Shown one piece after another: positions 45,978 through 56,240 of a stretch of DNA of 57,698 bases (its first letter is position 1; each line of letters starts with the position of its first letter). Where the stretch lies: positions 1-57,698 of IMG/VR virus record IMGVR_UViG_3300020109_001608. The stretch is one strand, 5' to 3'. The position numbers were made by a program, and so were the translations under genes. The notes under the pieces are model-generated. The model did no database searches and had not been told where the DNA came from. It saw only the letters and a list, made by a program, of their open reading frames with translations. This DNA is from a virus (taxonomy: Duplodnaviria; Caudoviricetes).

Positions 45978-48143
45978 GCGTTAAACTTTCCTGATAGTCC
46001 TTCACTAAATGACTTATACACTGACCCAACAACAGGGTTTACATATCAGTGGAATGGTGAAGTATGGAAAAGTGCAGTATTATCAAATCCGGATTCAATC
46101 AAAGAACTTACAGATATTTCATCATCATTTAATGGTATAACAACATCATTTTCACTAGCAATATCAGGCAATTCAGTTACACCAACCAATGCACAACAAC
46201 TAATTATTAATCTTGGTGGTGTAATTCAAAATGCAGGAAATGATTATACAGTTTCTGGTAGCACACTTTACTTCACAACACCACCATCATCAGGGCTTAC
46301 ATTCACTGGAATATTTGTTGGATCTGCATTAGCATTAAACACAGTATCATCTTATGCAGTAGAACCACAAGACTTAACAACAGGTGGTCCTTCATGGAAT
46401 ACTTCTGGTGATGTAAGAATTTCTGGTGTCGGTACAGTTTCTAATACTGGATCAGCAACCACAGCACTGTATGTTGCTGGTGGTGCTAGAATTACTGGTA
46501 TTCTAACTGTTGGTTCATCAAGCGTCACAATCAATGGTGTTACTGATAGAATTAGTGTAGGAACTGGATTAACAATCAGTTCATCAGGTATCACTGCTGG
46601 TGTAATTACTGCGACAACATTCTATGGTGATGGTAGCAATCTAACAGGTGTTGGTGTTGGATCCACAGCAAACATCAATACAACTGGTATTATTACTGCA
46701 TCATACTTCTATGGATCTGGTATTGGAATTACAAATGCAGGTCCATTAGGTAGAATTACACCAATTTCTTATTCACCTGCGATTGGTGCGACAAATCAAA
46801 GTCCTGATGTAAGTGTTGTAATTACTTTCAATAAACCACTGGTGGCTGCTGCCGGAACAATTACCATTAGAAGTGGAAGTGCATCAGGATCAATTGTTGA
46901 AAGTTTTGATGTTCAGACAAGCCCACTTTTAAGTATCAGTGGTGGTGTTCTTACAATTAATCCAACGGACTCAACAATTGGTACTGGAACAACTTATTTC
47001 GTTGTTGTACCTGAAAATGCATATAAAGATATTTTAGGTTCTTCTGGTAACGTAGGAATTACAACTTATAGTTTTACAACTGCAACACAATTCTTGCAGT
47101 TGTTTTCAACAGGTCAAAATCACACTGGACAATTGGGTCAAAATGATAGAACATATCGTTCATCACCAATACAAATTCCAGGTATTCAATGGTCTCGTAT
47201 TTCTAGTGGTGCGGATTTTGGTTTTGGAATAAAAACAGATGGAACCTTATGGGCATGGGGCAATAATCAATCTTCTAGATTAGGACAAAATAGTACTACA
47301 CAATATTCATCGCCAAGACAAATTCCTGGGACACAATGGAGTGAAGTTGGTGGCGCTTATAATATTGGAATAGCTAAAAAAACAGATAATACTTTATGGG
47401 TTTGGGGACAGAATAATAGAGGAAACTTAGGTCAAAATGATATAACTTATTATTCATCACCAAGACAAATTCCAGGAACACAGTGGAATACGTTTTCTTC
47501 ATGCTATTTTACAATTTTTGCAACTAAAACAGATGGAACTTTATGGTCATGGGGAAGTAATCAGTACGGAGAATTAGGTATCAATCTTAGTGGTCAATAT
47601 CGTTCATCACCAACACAAATTCCAGGAACACAATGGGGATCTTTGGGTGGGGGAGGATATCATATGTCGGCAACAAAAACTGACGGAACTTTATGGGCAT
47701 GGGGTTATAATGGAAATGGAAATTTAGGTCTCAACGATACCGCAAATCGTTTATCACCTGTTCAAGTTCCAGGAACACAATGGAACAATACTGTATCTGT
47801 AAATTATGTGGGAATGTTCACTAGAAGTAATGGGACATTGTGGTCTTGTGGTTATAATAACTTTGGTGCATTAGGACAAAATGATAGAACACAATACTCA
47901 TCACCAAGACAAATTCCAGGAACACAGTGGGATATATCATTAGTTGATGGTTCTTCAAGTGCATTCCATACAATAGCGAAAAAAACAGACGGAACATTAT
48001 GGATGTGGGGTCAAGGTTCTACTGGACAATTAATACAAAACAGTCCAATAGATCTTTCATCGCCAGTTCAAGTTCCAGGAACACAGTGGACACGCGCAGC
48101 CACAGGGTATAGACATTCCTTCGTAATGAAATCAGTAACATAA
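45975..48143 (+). CDS. Fibre + Ig-like + RCC1 propeller protein, type B1
   Basis: MALNFPDSPSLN..YQWNG.VW start; DISSSFNG domain; fibre repeats; Ig-like domain; 7 blades. Confidence 0.85.
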   Translation: MALNFPDSPSLNDLYTDPTTGFTYQWNGEVWKSAVLSNPDSIKELTDISSSFNGITTSFSLAISGNSVTPTNAQQLIINLGGVIQNAGNDYTVSGSTLYFTTPPSSGLTFTGIFVGSALALNTVSSYAVEPQDLTTGGPSWNTSGDVRISGVGTVSNTGSATTALYVAGGARITGILTVGSSSVTINGVTDRISVGTGLTISSSGITAGVITATTFYGDGSNLTGVGVGSTANINTTGIITASYFYGSGIGITNAGPLGRITPISYSPAIGATNQSPDVSVVITFNKPLVAAAGTITIRSGSASGSIVESFDVQTSPLLSISGGVLTINPTDSTIGTGTTYFVVVPENAYKDILGSSGNVGITTYSFTTATQFLQLFSTGQNHTGQLGQNDRTYRSSPIQIPGIQWSRISSGADFGFGIKTDGTLWAWGNNQSSRLGQNSTTQYSSPRQIPGTQWSEVGGAYNIGIAKKTDNTLWVWGQNNRGNLGQNDITYYSSPRQIPGTQWNTFSSCYFTIFATKTDGTLWSWGSNQYGELGINLSGQYRSSPTQIPGTQWGSLGGGGYHMSATKTDGTLWAWGYNGNGNLGLNDTANRLSPVQVPGTQWNNTVSVNYVGMFTRSNGTLWSCGYNNFGALGQNDRTQYSSPRQIPGTQWDISLVDGSSSAFHTIAKKTDGTLWMWGQGSTGQLIQNSPIDLSSPVQVPGTQWTRAATGYRHSFVMKSVT

Positions 48144-48160
48144 ATACCTAAAAAACGATA

Positions 48161-50305
48161 ATGGCGATAAATTTTCCTGATAGTCCATCGTTAAATCAAA
48201 TTTTCAATGATACAACATCTGGTTTTAGTTTCCAGTGGAATGGTGAAGTATGGAAAAGTTATGTAGATCCAACGATTGGTAATACAACCAAACTAGATGA
48301 TATCAGTGCTTCATTTAATGGAAGCACACAAACCTTTGCACTTACAGTTAATGGAACTGCTGCAACTGCTGATTTAGATCCAGCAAAAATTCTACTTAGC
48401 TTAGGTGGTGTAGCACAAAACCCAGTAGAAGACTATACAATCAGTGGTACAAACATTACATTTACCACTGCACCTGCGAATGGTCTTACATTTTTCGCAG
48501 TTATTTTAGAAACAGGTATATCAAAAGACTATATTTCTTCTGGTATCATTGGTCCAACAGGTCTTTCAACTGGTGGATTTTCTTGGAACACTGGTGGTGA
48601 TTTATACATCAGTGGTGTTGCGACAGTTGCAAATACAGGTACAGCAACAACAGCATTATATGTTTCAGGAAATGCTAGAATTGCTGGTATTCTGACTGTT
48701 GGTTCTTCAAGTATTACGTTTGATGGTACAAATAATAGAATTACTGGAACAGGTATTACAATTAGCAGTGGTGGTATTGTAGCAAGCGCAATCACTGCGA
48801 CCAGTTATTCTGGTGATGGTGCAAATCTTACTGGTGCAGGATTAGGTCCAACAAGTAACATCAACACCACAGGTATCATCACTGCATCTAAATTCTCTGG
48901 TGATGCAACATACTTAACTGATATTGGTGGTGTAATTCAAGGTATTGTTTATAATCCTACTGTTGGTGCAACTGGTATTGCAGCCACAACAAACATTGAT
49001 ATTACATTTAACAAACCAATCAAAGCAGGTATTGGAACGATTACATTAAGAACTGATAGTGCATCAGGATCAATTGTTGAAAGTTATGATATTACTTCAA
49101 GTAATCGTCTTACAATCAGCGGTGCGAAGTTAACAATTGACCCCACTAGCAATTTAGGTGCAGGTACAACGCACTTTGTTGTAGTTCCTGCTGGTACAGT
49201 CAAAGACTTGTTTAATACTGGTAGCAATGCTGTAATTGATACTTATAGTTTCACGACACAATCTTTTACCCTGTTTAGTTTTGGAAGAAATCCCAATGGA
49301 CAATTAGGACAAAATGATACAGTAAGACGTTCATCACCAACACAAATTCCAGGAACACAATGGAGTTATATAAACTCTGCAAACTATCATTCATTAGCAA
49401 CAAAAACTGATGGAACTTTGTGGGCATGGGGATCTAATGCTTTCGGTAAATTAGGATTGAATAATACAACATATTGCTCATCGCCGGTACAAATTCCAGG
49501 AACATCATGGAGATTTATTTCTTCTGATTATAACACCACAATAGCAACTAAAACCGATGGAACTTTATGGGCATGGGGAAATAATGGTGCCGGAGAATTG
49601 GGACAATCTAATACATACAATCGTTCATCACCAATTCAAATTCCAGGAACACAGTGGGGAAATATATCTGCAACTGCAAGTGATACATTTGCAACTAAAA
49701 CCGATGGAACATTATGGTCATGGGGATATAATAGTTATGGTCAGTTGGGACAAAATGATAGAGTAAATCGTTCATCACCAATACAAATTCCAGGAACACA
49801 GTGGAATAATATACAAACAGGATTCTATTCTACATTTGCAACTAAAACCGATGGAACTTTATGGGCATGGGGATATAATCATAGAGGACAACTGGGACAA
49901 AATAATACAACATATCGTTCATCACCAGTACAAATTCCAGGAACATCGTGGAATTCTATAGGTGGTTTTCTTCAACATTTTTTAGCAACAAAAACCGATG
50001 GAACATTATGGTCATGGGGATATAATAATGCCGGAAGATTGGGACAAAATGATACAGCATTTCGTTCATCACCAGTTCAAGTTCCAGGCACACAATGGAG
50101 TTCTATAAGTGCTGGTGGTCAACATTCACTAGCTACTAAAACTGATGGAACTTTATGGGCATGGGGTAGAAATTATTTTGGAGAACTTGGAGCAAATACC
50201 TCTGGTTCAGCAGCATATCGTTCATCACCAATACAAATTCCAGGAACATCTTGGAGTTCTGTTTCTGCTGGTTATCAAAGTTCATCAGCAATCAAATCAC
50301 AATAA
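48161..50305 (+). CDS. Fibre + Ig-like + RCC1 propeller protein, type B2
   Basis: Paralogue of 45975..48143; 7 blades. Confidence 0.85.
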   Translation: MAINFPDSPSLNQIFNDTTSGFSFQWNGEVWKSYVDPTIGNTTKLDDISASFNGSTQTFALTVNGTAATADLDPAKILLSLGGVAQNPVEDYTISGTNITFTTAPANGLTFFAVILETGISKDYISSGIIGPTGLSTGGFSWNTGGDLYISGVATVANTGTATTALYVSGNARIAGILTVGSSSITFDGTNNRITGTGITISSGGIVASAITATSYSGDGANLTGAGLGPTSNINTTGIITASKFSGDATYLTDIGGVIQGIVYNPTVGATGIAATTNIDITFNKPIKAGIGTITLRTDSASGSIVESYDITSSNRLTISGAKLTIDPTSNLGAGTTHFVVVPAGTVKDLFNTGSNAVIDTYSFTTQSFTLFSFGRNPNGQLGQNDTVRRSSPTQIPGTQWSYINSANYHSLATKTDGTLWAWGSNAFGKLGLNNTTYCSSPVQIPGTSWRFISSDYNTTIATKTDGTLWAWGNNGAGELGQSNTYNRSSPIQIPGTQWGNISATASDTFATKTDGTLWSWGYNSYGQLGQNDRVNRSSPIQIPGTQWNNIQTGFYSTFATKTDGTLWAWGYNHRGQLGQNNTTYRSSPVQIPGTSWNSIGGFLQHFLATKTDGTLWSWGYNNAGRLGQNDTAFRSSPVQVPGTQWSSISAGGQHSLATKTDGTLWAWGRNYFGELGANTSGSAAYRSSPIQIPGTSWSSVSAGYQSSSAIKSQ

Positions 50306-50319
50306 ATACCTAAAAAACC

Positions 50320-52023
50320 ATGAGCCAGTCTAATGCACAACTTGTAGCACCAGTTGGAATATTCACTGCATCAGGTATCAATGCATCTGGTGTTGTAACT
50401 GCTACTAGTTTTTCTGGTGATGGTTCACAATTACAAGGTGTTGGTGTAGGAACCACAGGAAGTATCAATTCATCTGGTATTGTTACTGCATCTGCTTTTT
50501 ATGGTAATGGTGCTAATCTAACTGGTATTACACTGATTGGCCCAACAGATAATTATACAACAACAGGTATCATCACTGCTGGTTCTTTTTATGGTGATGG
50601 TATTGGTATCACAAATATTGGTGGTCCTTTAAGTCCAATCATTTATTCACCTGGTATTGGTGTAACAAACATAAGTAATGATACGAATATTGTTATCACA
50701 TTCAACAAACCAATCGCAGCGGCAGCAGCAACAACAGGTATTTCAACAATTACTTTAAGAAGCGGTAGTGCATCAGGAACGATTGTTGAAAGTTATGATA
50801 TTGCGAATGTTGCTGCTGGATCTAGCGTAAGTATTAGTGGTGCTGTTCTTACAATTAATCCAACGGACTCAGTAATCAGTGCTGGAACAACTTTTTATGT
50901 TGTTATACCTGCTGGAACATTACAAGACACAATTGATACAAGCGATAATACTGGAATTACAACTTATAGTTTTACAACTGCGGCACAGTATTTGCAGTTG
51001 TTTGGGTGGGGAAATAATCAATATGCTGAATTGGGTCTTAATGATGTAATATTACGTTCATCACCAACACAAATTCCAGGAACACAGTGGAATTCTGTAA
51101 ATGGTGGTAATGAACATTCATTAGCAACAAAAACTGATGGAACCTTATGGTCATGGGGTTATAACCGTGGAACTTTAGGTATAAATGACGTTATACCACG
51201 TTCATCACCGGTACAAGTTCCAGGCACACAATGGAGTTCTATAAGTGCTGGTAGTCATTTATTTGCAACTAAAACTGATGGAACACTGTGGACATGGGGT
51301 GGTAATTTACTTGGACAGTTAGGACAAAATAACAGAGTAGATTATTCATCACCAACACAAATTCCAGGAACACAATGGAATTTTATAAATGCTGCACTTG
51401 GTATTTCACTAGCAACAAAAACTGATGGAACTTTATGGGTATGGGGAGGAAATGGAAATGGACAATTAGGATTAAATAATAGAATAGGTCGCTCATCACC
51501 AACACAAATTCCAGGAACCCAATGGAATAAAATTGCTGGTTCTAATACACTTGCAGTAGCAACCAAAACTGATGGAACACTATGGGCATGGGGTCGCAAT
51601 TATCAGGGACAATTAGGACAAAATAATACAACATATCGTTCATCACCAACACAAATTCCAGGAACATCATGGAATTCTGTAAGTGCTGATAGTGTTACTA
51701 CATTAGCAACCAAAACTGATGGAACTTTATGGTCATGGGGTTATAATTATCTGGGAAATCTAGGACAAAATAATACAGTACAATATTCATCACCAAGACA
51801 AATTCCAGGAACACAATGGAATGCTATTAATTATGAAAACGGGATTAGTTTTGCAACAAAAACTGATGGAACTATGTGGGCTTGGGGTCGAAATACTTAT
51901 GGACAATTGGGATTAAATAATACAATAGGTCGCTCATCACCAACACAAGTTCCAGGGACACAGTGGACATCTTCAATTTCTTCGGGCAATCATTCCTCAT
52001 TTGCTATCAAAACAGTAACATAA
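50320..52023 (+). CDS. Fibre + Ig-like + RCC1 propeller protein, type A2
   Basis: MSQSNAQL start, paralogue of 44260..45957; 7 blades. Confidence 0.85.
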   Translation: MSQSNAQLVAPVGIFTASGINASGVVTATSFSGDGSQLQGVGVGTTGSINSSGIVTASAFYGNGANLTGITLIGPTDNYTTTGIITAGSFYGDGIGITNIGGPLSPIIYSPGIGVTNISNDTNIVITFNKPIAAAAATTGISTITLRSGSASGTIVESYDIANVAAGSSVSISGAVLTINPTDSVISAGTTFYVVIPAGTLQDTIDTSDNTGITTYSFTTAAQYLQLFGWGNNQYAELGLNDVILRSSPTQIPGTQWNSVNGGNEHSLATKTDGTLWSWGYNRGTLGINDVIPRSSPVQVPGTQWSSISAGSHLFATKTDGTLWTWGGNLLGQLGQNNRVDYSSPTQIPGTQWNFINAALGISLATKTDGTLWVWGGNGNGQLGLNNRIGRSSPTQIPGTQWNKIAGSNTLAVATKTDGTLWAWGRNYQGQLGQNNTTYRSSPTQIPGTSWNSVSADSVTTLATKTDGTLWSWGYNYLGNLGQNNTVQYSSPRQIPGTQWNAINYENGISFATKTDGTMWAWGRNTYGQLGLNNTIGRSSPTQVPGTQWTSSISSGNHSSFAIKTVT

Positions 52024-52037
52024 ATACCTAAAAAACA

Positions 52038-53708
52038 ATGAGCCAGTCCAAAGCACAACTTACTAATCCATTAGGTCCTGTAAATTTAAGTGGTTTAAGT
52101 GCGACTGGGGTTGTAACTGCTACAACTTTCATTGGTAATGGTTCTGGTTTAACTGGAATTGCACTTACAGGAAACATCAATACAACAGGCATCATTACTG
52201 CATCTGCATTTTATGGTAGCGGTGCAAATTTAAGTGGAGCAGGATTAGGACCAACAAGTAATATCAATACATCAGGTATCATCACAGCAGGAAAGTTTTA
52301 TGGTGATGGAAGTTTATTAACAGATATTGGTGGAGCATTTACACCATTAACTTATAGTCCTGGTATTGGTCAAACAAATGTAGGTGTATCATCAAACATC
52401 ACCATTACATTTAATAAACCAATTAAAGTTGGAACTGGTACAATTACTTTAAGAACTGGAAGTGCATCAGGAACGATTGTTGAAAGTTTTGATGTTACTT
52501 CTAGTAGTAGACTTTCAATAAATGCAGGTGTTTTAACGATTAGTCCAACAAATTCACTTGCAGGGTTAACTACACATTATGTTGTGTTACCAGCAGGAAC
52601 AATTAAAGATACTTATAATATTGATAGTAATACTTTAATTGATACTTATAGTTTTACCACACAGATATCTAATGTTCTCTTTGTTTGGGGGAATAATCTT
52701 TATGGAGACCTTGGACAAAATAATACAACACAATATTCATCTCCCGTTCAAATACCAGGAACGCAATGGAGTTCATTTTCTGCCCGCCATGTTACATTAG
52801 CAACAAAAACTGATGGAACCTTATGGTCATGGGGATATGGACAACAAGGTCAATTAGGACAAAATAATCTAACACAATATTCATCACCAGTACAAATTCC
52901 AGGAACACAATGGAATAAAATTAATGCAGAAGGTTATATAAATTCACTAGCAACAAAAACTGACGGAACTTTGTGGGCATGGGGATATAATATTGAAGGA
53001 CAACTGGGACAAAATAATCGAGCGAATTATTCGTCACCACGACAAATTCCAGGCACACAGTGGAGTTCCATAAGTTGCGGTGGTCATACATTAGCGACCA
53101 AAACTGATGGAACCTTATGGTCATGGGGTTATAATTATGCCGGAAGATTGGGACAAAATGATACAGTAAGACGTTCATCACCAACACAAATTCCAGGCAC
53201 ACAATGGAGTTCTATAAGTGCTGGTGGTCAACATTCACTAGCTACTAAAACTGATGGAACTTTATGGGCATGGGGAAGTAATCATTTAGGTTACTTGGGA
53301 CAAAATAATACAACATATTATTCATCACCAAGACAAATTCCAGGAACGCAGTGGAGTTCGGTTTCTGCTACTTATGGTGGAGGAAATCAGTCTGTTGCAA
53401 CAAAAACTGATGGAACATTGTGGGCATGGGGTTACAATGGATATGGAACATTGGGACAAAATGATACTACAACTCGTTCATCACCAATACAAATTCCAGG
53501 AACACAATGGAATCTAATAGAAGGAGGTAATAACTTACTTCTCGCAACCAAAACTGATGGAACACTATGGATATGGGGATATGGACGTGAAGGAGCATTA
53601 GGACAAAATACTACAATAAACCTTTCATCACCAACACAAGTTCCAGGAACACAATGGAATTTCGTGAATGCTGGTGGTACCTACATTTCAGGTGGAATCA
53701 GATCATAA
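52038..53708 (+). CDS. Fibre + Ig-like + RCC1 propeller protein, type A3
   Basis: MSQSKAQL start; 7 blades. Confidence 0.85.
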   Translation: MSQSKAQLTNPLGPVNLSGLSATGVVTATTFIGNGSGLTGIALTGNINTTGIITASAFYGSGANLSGAGLGPTSNINTSGIITAGKFYGDGSLLTDIGGAFTPLTYSPGIGQTNVGVSSNITITFNKPIKVGTGTITLRTGSASGTIVESFDVTSSSRLSINAGVLTISPTNSLAGLTTHYVVLPAGTIKDTYNIDSNTLIDTYSFTTQISNVLFVWGNNLYGDLGQNNTTQYSSPVQIPGTQWSSFSARHVTLATKTDGTLWSWGYGQQGQLGQNNLTQYSSPVQIPGTQWNKINAEGYINSLATKTDGTLWAWGYNIEGQLGQNNRANYSSPRQIPGTQWSSISCGGHTLATKTDGTLWSWGYNYAGRLGQNDTVRRSSPTQIPGTQWSSISAGGQHSLATKTDGTLWAWGSNHLGYLGQNNTTYYSSPRQIPGTQWSSVSATYGGGNQSVATKTDGTLWAWGYNGYGTLGQNDTTTRSSPIQIPGTQWNLIEGGNNLLLATKTDGTLWIWGYGREGALGQNTTINLSSPTQVPGTQWNFVNAGGTYISGGIRS

Positions 53709-53725
53709 ATATCTAAAAAACGATA

Positions 53726-55882
53726 ATGGCGATAAATTTTCCTGATAGTCCATCGTTAAATCAAATTTTCACAGATGCTACATCTGGTTTTACCTATCAG
53801 TGGAACGGAACTGTTTGGATCAACTATAACTATACTGCACCAGCAAAGATCTTAGAACTTGATGATATCAAAAGTTCTTTCAATGGTTCAACACAAACCT
53901 TTGCGCTTACAGTATCAGGTTCTGCTGCTACACCAGTCAAAGCAGATCAGTTAATTATCAACATTGGTGGTATTACACAAAATCCAGGAACTGACTTTAC
54001 TGTATCAGGAAGTAATATTACATTCACAACAGCACCAACAACAGGTCTTGACTTTTATGGTGTTCTGTTAGGTGGTTCAACAAGCTTATCAGCAGTATCA
54101 TCAAATACAGTAAGACCGGATTCATTTACAACTGGTGGACCAACATGGAATTCATCAGGTGATCTAAAAGTATCTGGTGTTACAACGATTGCAAACACTG
54201 GATCTGCAAGTACAGCACTGTATGTTTCAGGAAATGCTAGGATCACTGGAATTGTAACAGTTGGATCATCAAGTATTACGATTGATGGTGCAAATAATTC
54301 AATTCAAGTTGGAACTGGTGCAACATTAAATGCATCAGGTATTACTGTTGGTATCATTACTGGTACATTCTATGGTAGTGGTGCAGGACTTGCGAATGTT
54401 GGTCTCGGAACACAAGGAAGTTTGAATACAACAGGTGTCATTACTGCGACAAGTTTCTATGGTGATGGTTCTGGTCTTACAAATCTTGGTGGTCCTTTAC
54501 AACCACTGACGTATTCACCTAGTATTGGGCAAACAAATATTTCTGATGTACCAACAATCGTTGTTACATTCAACAAACCACTGAAAATTAATACAGGATC
54601 AATTACAATCAGAAGTGGAAGTGCATCAGGTACAATCATTGAAAGTTTTGATGTAACATCCAGTTCTGCATTAAGTATTAATGGTGGTGCTTTGACGATC
54701 ACACCAACAGTTGCTTTAGGTGCTGGTACAACACATTTTGTTGTATTCCCTGCGGCAGCATATAAAGATACTTTTGAAAGTTCTTCAAGTGTTGGTATTA
54801 CAACTTATAGCTTTGTAACTGCGACACAGTATTTGCAGTTGTTTGCATGGGGTTCTAATTCTAACGGAACATTAGGACAAAATAATATAACAAATCGTTC
54901 GTCACCAATACAAATTCCAGGTGTTCAGTGGGCACAAATTGATAGTTACTACCACACAGCAGCAACAAAAACTGATGGTACATTGTGGGTATGGGGATCT
55001 AATGGTAACGGTAAATTAGGATTGAATGATAGTGGAACAATAACTGCACGTTCATCACCAGTACAAATTCCAGGAACATCATGGAATTCTATTAGTCTTG
55101 GATATGCTCATTCATTAGCAACAAAAACTGATGGAACTTTATGGGCATGGGGATATAACGGATTGGGGGGATTAGGGTTAAATGATGTAGCCAATCGTTC
55201 ATCACCAAGACAAATTCCAGGAACACAATGGGAAAATTTGGCTGGTGGCTTATATGAGACCCTTGCAACCAAAACTGATGGAACTTTATGGTCATGGGGT
55301 TATAATGCCCAAGGACAATTGGGACTTAATATTAATAACAATTATTTTTCATCACCAGTTCAAGTTCCAGGAACACAATGGAGTAGACCATATAGTGGAT
55401 ATACGTTTAGTGGAGCACTAAAAACTGATGGAACTTTATGGACATGGGGAAGAAATCAAAGGGGAAATCTAGGACAAAATAATACAGTACAATATTCATC
55501 ACCAAGACAAATACCAGGAACACAATGGAGTGCAGCTTCATTCGGTTATTATCATATTTTAGCAACAAAAACTGATAATACTTTATGGGCATGGGGCAGT
55601 GAAGGAGATGGTTCTATCGGACAAAATGATAATGTGGTTTATTCATCACCAAGACAAATCCCAGGAACCCAATGGTCATTGACCCAAAATCGTGGTGGTG
55701 GATATTTTAGTTTAGCACTTAAAACTGATGGAACTTTATGGGCAGTGGGTGGAAGAAATGGAAGTGGTCATTTAGGTCAAAACGACGATATACGTCGTTC
55801 ATCACCAACACAAATTCCAGGAACACAGTGGTCTTCATCATCACAAGCATATGCAATTGGATATGCAATCAAATCAGTATAA
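53726..55882 (+). CDS. Fibre + Ig-like + RCC1 propeller protein, type B3
   Basis: MAINFPDSPSLNQIF start; 7 blades. Confidence 0.85.
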   Translation: MAINFPDSPSLNQIFTDATSGFTYQWNGTVWINYNYTAPAKILELDDIKSSFNGSTQTFALTVSGSAATPVKADQLIINIGGITQNPGTDFTVSGSNITFTTAPTTGLDFYGVLLGGSTSLSAVSSNTVRPDSFTTGGPTWNSSGDLKVSGVTTIANTGSASTALYVSGNARITGIVTVGSSSITIDGANNSIQVGTGATLNASGITVGIITGTFYGSGAGLANVGLGTQGSLNTTGVITATSFYGDGSGLTNLGGPLQPLTYSPSIGQTNISDVPTIVVTFNKPLKINTGSITIRSGSASGTIIESFDVTSSSALSINGGALTITPTVALGAGTTHFVVFPAAAYKDTFESSSSVGITTYSFVTATQYLQLFAWGSNSNGTLGQNNITNRSSPIQIPGVQWAQIDSYYHTAATKTDGTLWVWGSNGNGKLGLNDSGTITARSSPVQIPGTSWNSISLGYAHSLATKTDGTLWAWGYNGLGGLGLNDVANRSSPRQIPGTQWENLAGGLYETLATKTDGTLWSWGYNAQGQLGLNINNNYFSSPVQVPGTQWSRPYSGYTFSGALKTDGTLWTWGRNQRGNLGQNNTVQYSSPRQIPGTQWSAASFGYYHILATKTDNTLWAWGSEGDGSIGQNDNVVYSSPRQIPGTQWSLTQNRGGGYFSLALKTDGTLWAVGGRNGSGHLGQNDDIRRSSPTQIPGTQWSSSSQAYAIGYAIKSV

Positions 55883-55904
55883 CATAAATACTTAAAAAAC
55901 AACA

Positions 55905-56240
55905 ATGAGCGTACCTGCGGTCAATATTGTAATTGAAAAGGGAACTGATTTTGAAGCAATTTATAATGTAACAAACAATGATAGTTCTGTTTATTCATTA
56001 ACCAATCAAACAGCAACTGCAAAAATTCGTAAGCATCCCACTGCATCATCTGTTAAATCATTTCAAACATCAATTACAGTCGCAACTGGTGAAATTAAAA
56101 TCTCTATGGGTTCTACGGTAACCGCAGAACTTACAGCAGGACGCAATTATTATGATGTAATCTTAACTCATTCAGCAACTGGTAAAGTTGTAAAAATCTT
56201 TGAAGGAACAGCAATGGTTCACGATACGGTGTCTGTATGA
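55905..56240 (+). CDS. Small conserved structural protein (Ig/BppU-like)
   Basis: NIVIEKGTDF..AKIRKH..G.I.ISM..T..L.AGRNYYDV..IFEG. Confidence 0.65.
   Translation: MSVPAVNIVIEKGTDFEAIYNVTNNDSSVYSLTNQTATAKIRKHPTASSVKSFQTSITVATGEIKISMGSTVTAELTAGRNYYDVILTHSATGKVVKIFEGTAMVHDTVSV

Noticed and set aside
26877-55592. Family of similar short alternate-frame or antisense ORFs (..FHQFWL..LEFVLVMN.., MEHYGHG..)
   Set aside because: By-products of the conserved DNA of the propeller repeats, interrupted at random by stops
26300-55860. CRISPR array suggested by constant repeats with variable spacers
   Set aside because: The repeats are in-frame parts of long ORFs with a ~150-nt period and codon-sized indels, are not palindromic, and no cas genes are present
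26225-55882. Diversity-generating retroelement acting on the propellers
   Set aside because: No reverse transcriptase or non-coding template repeat in the window; shared tracts are exact copies, not adenine-specific variants; variable sites include Glu/Gln/Met, which AAY mutagenesis cannot produce. A DGR elsewhere in the genome cannot be excluded
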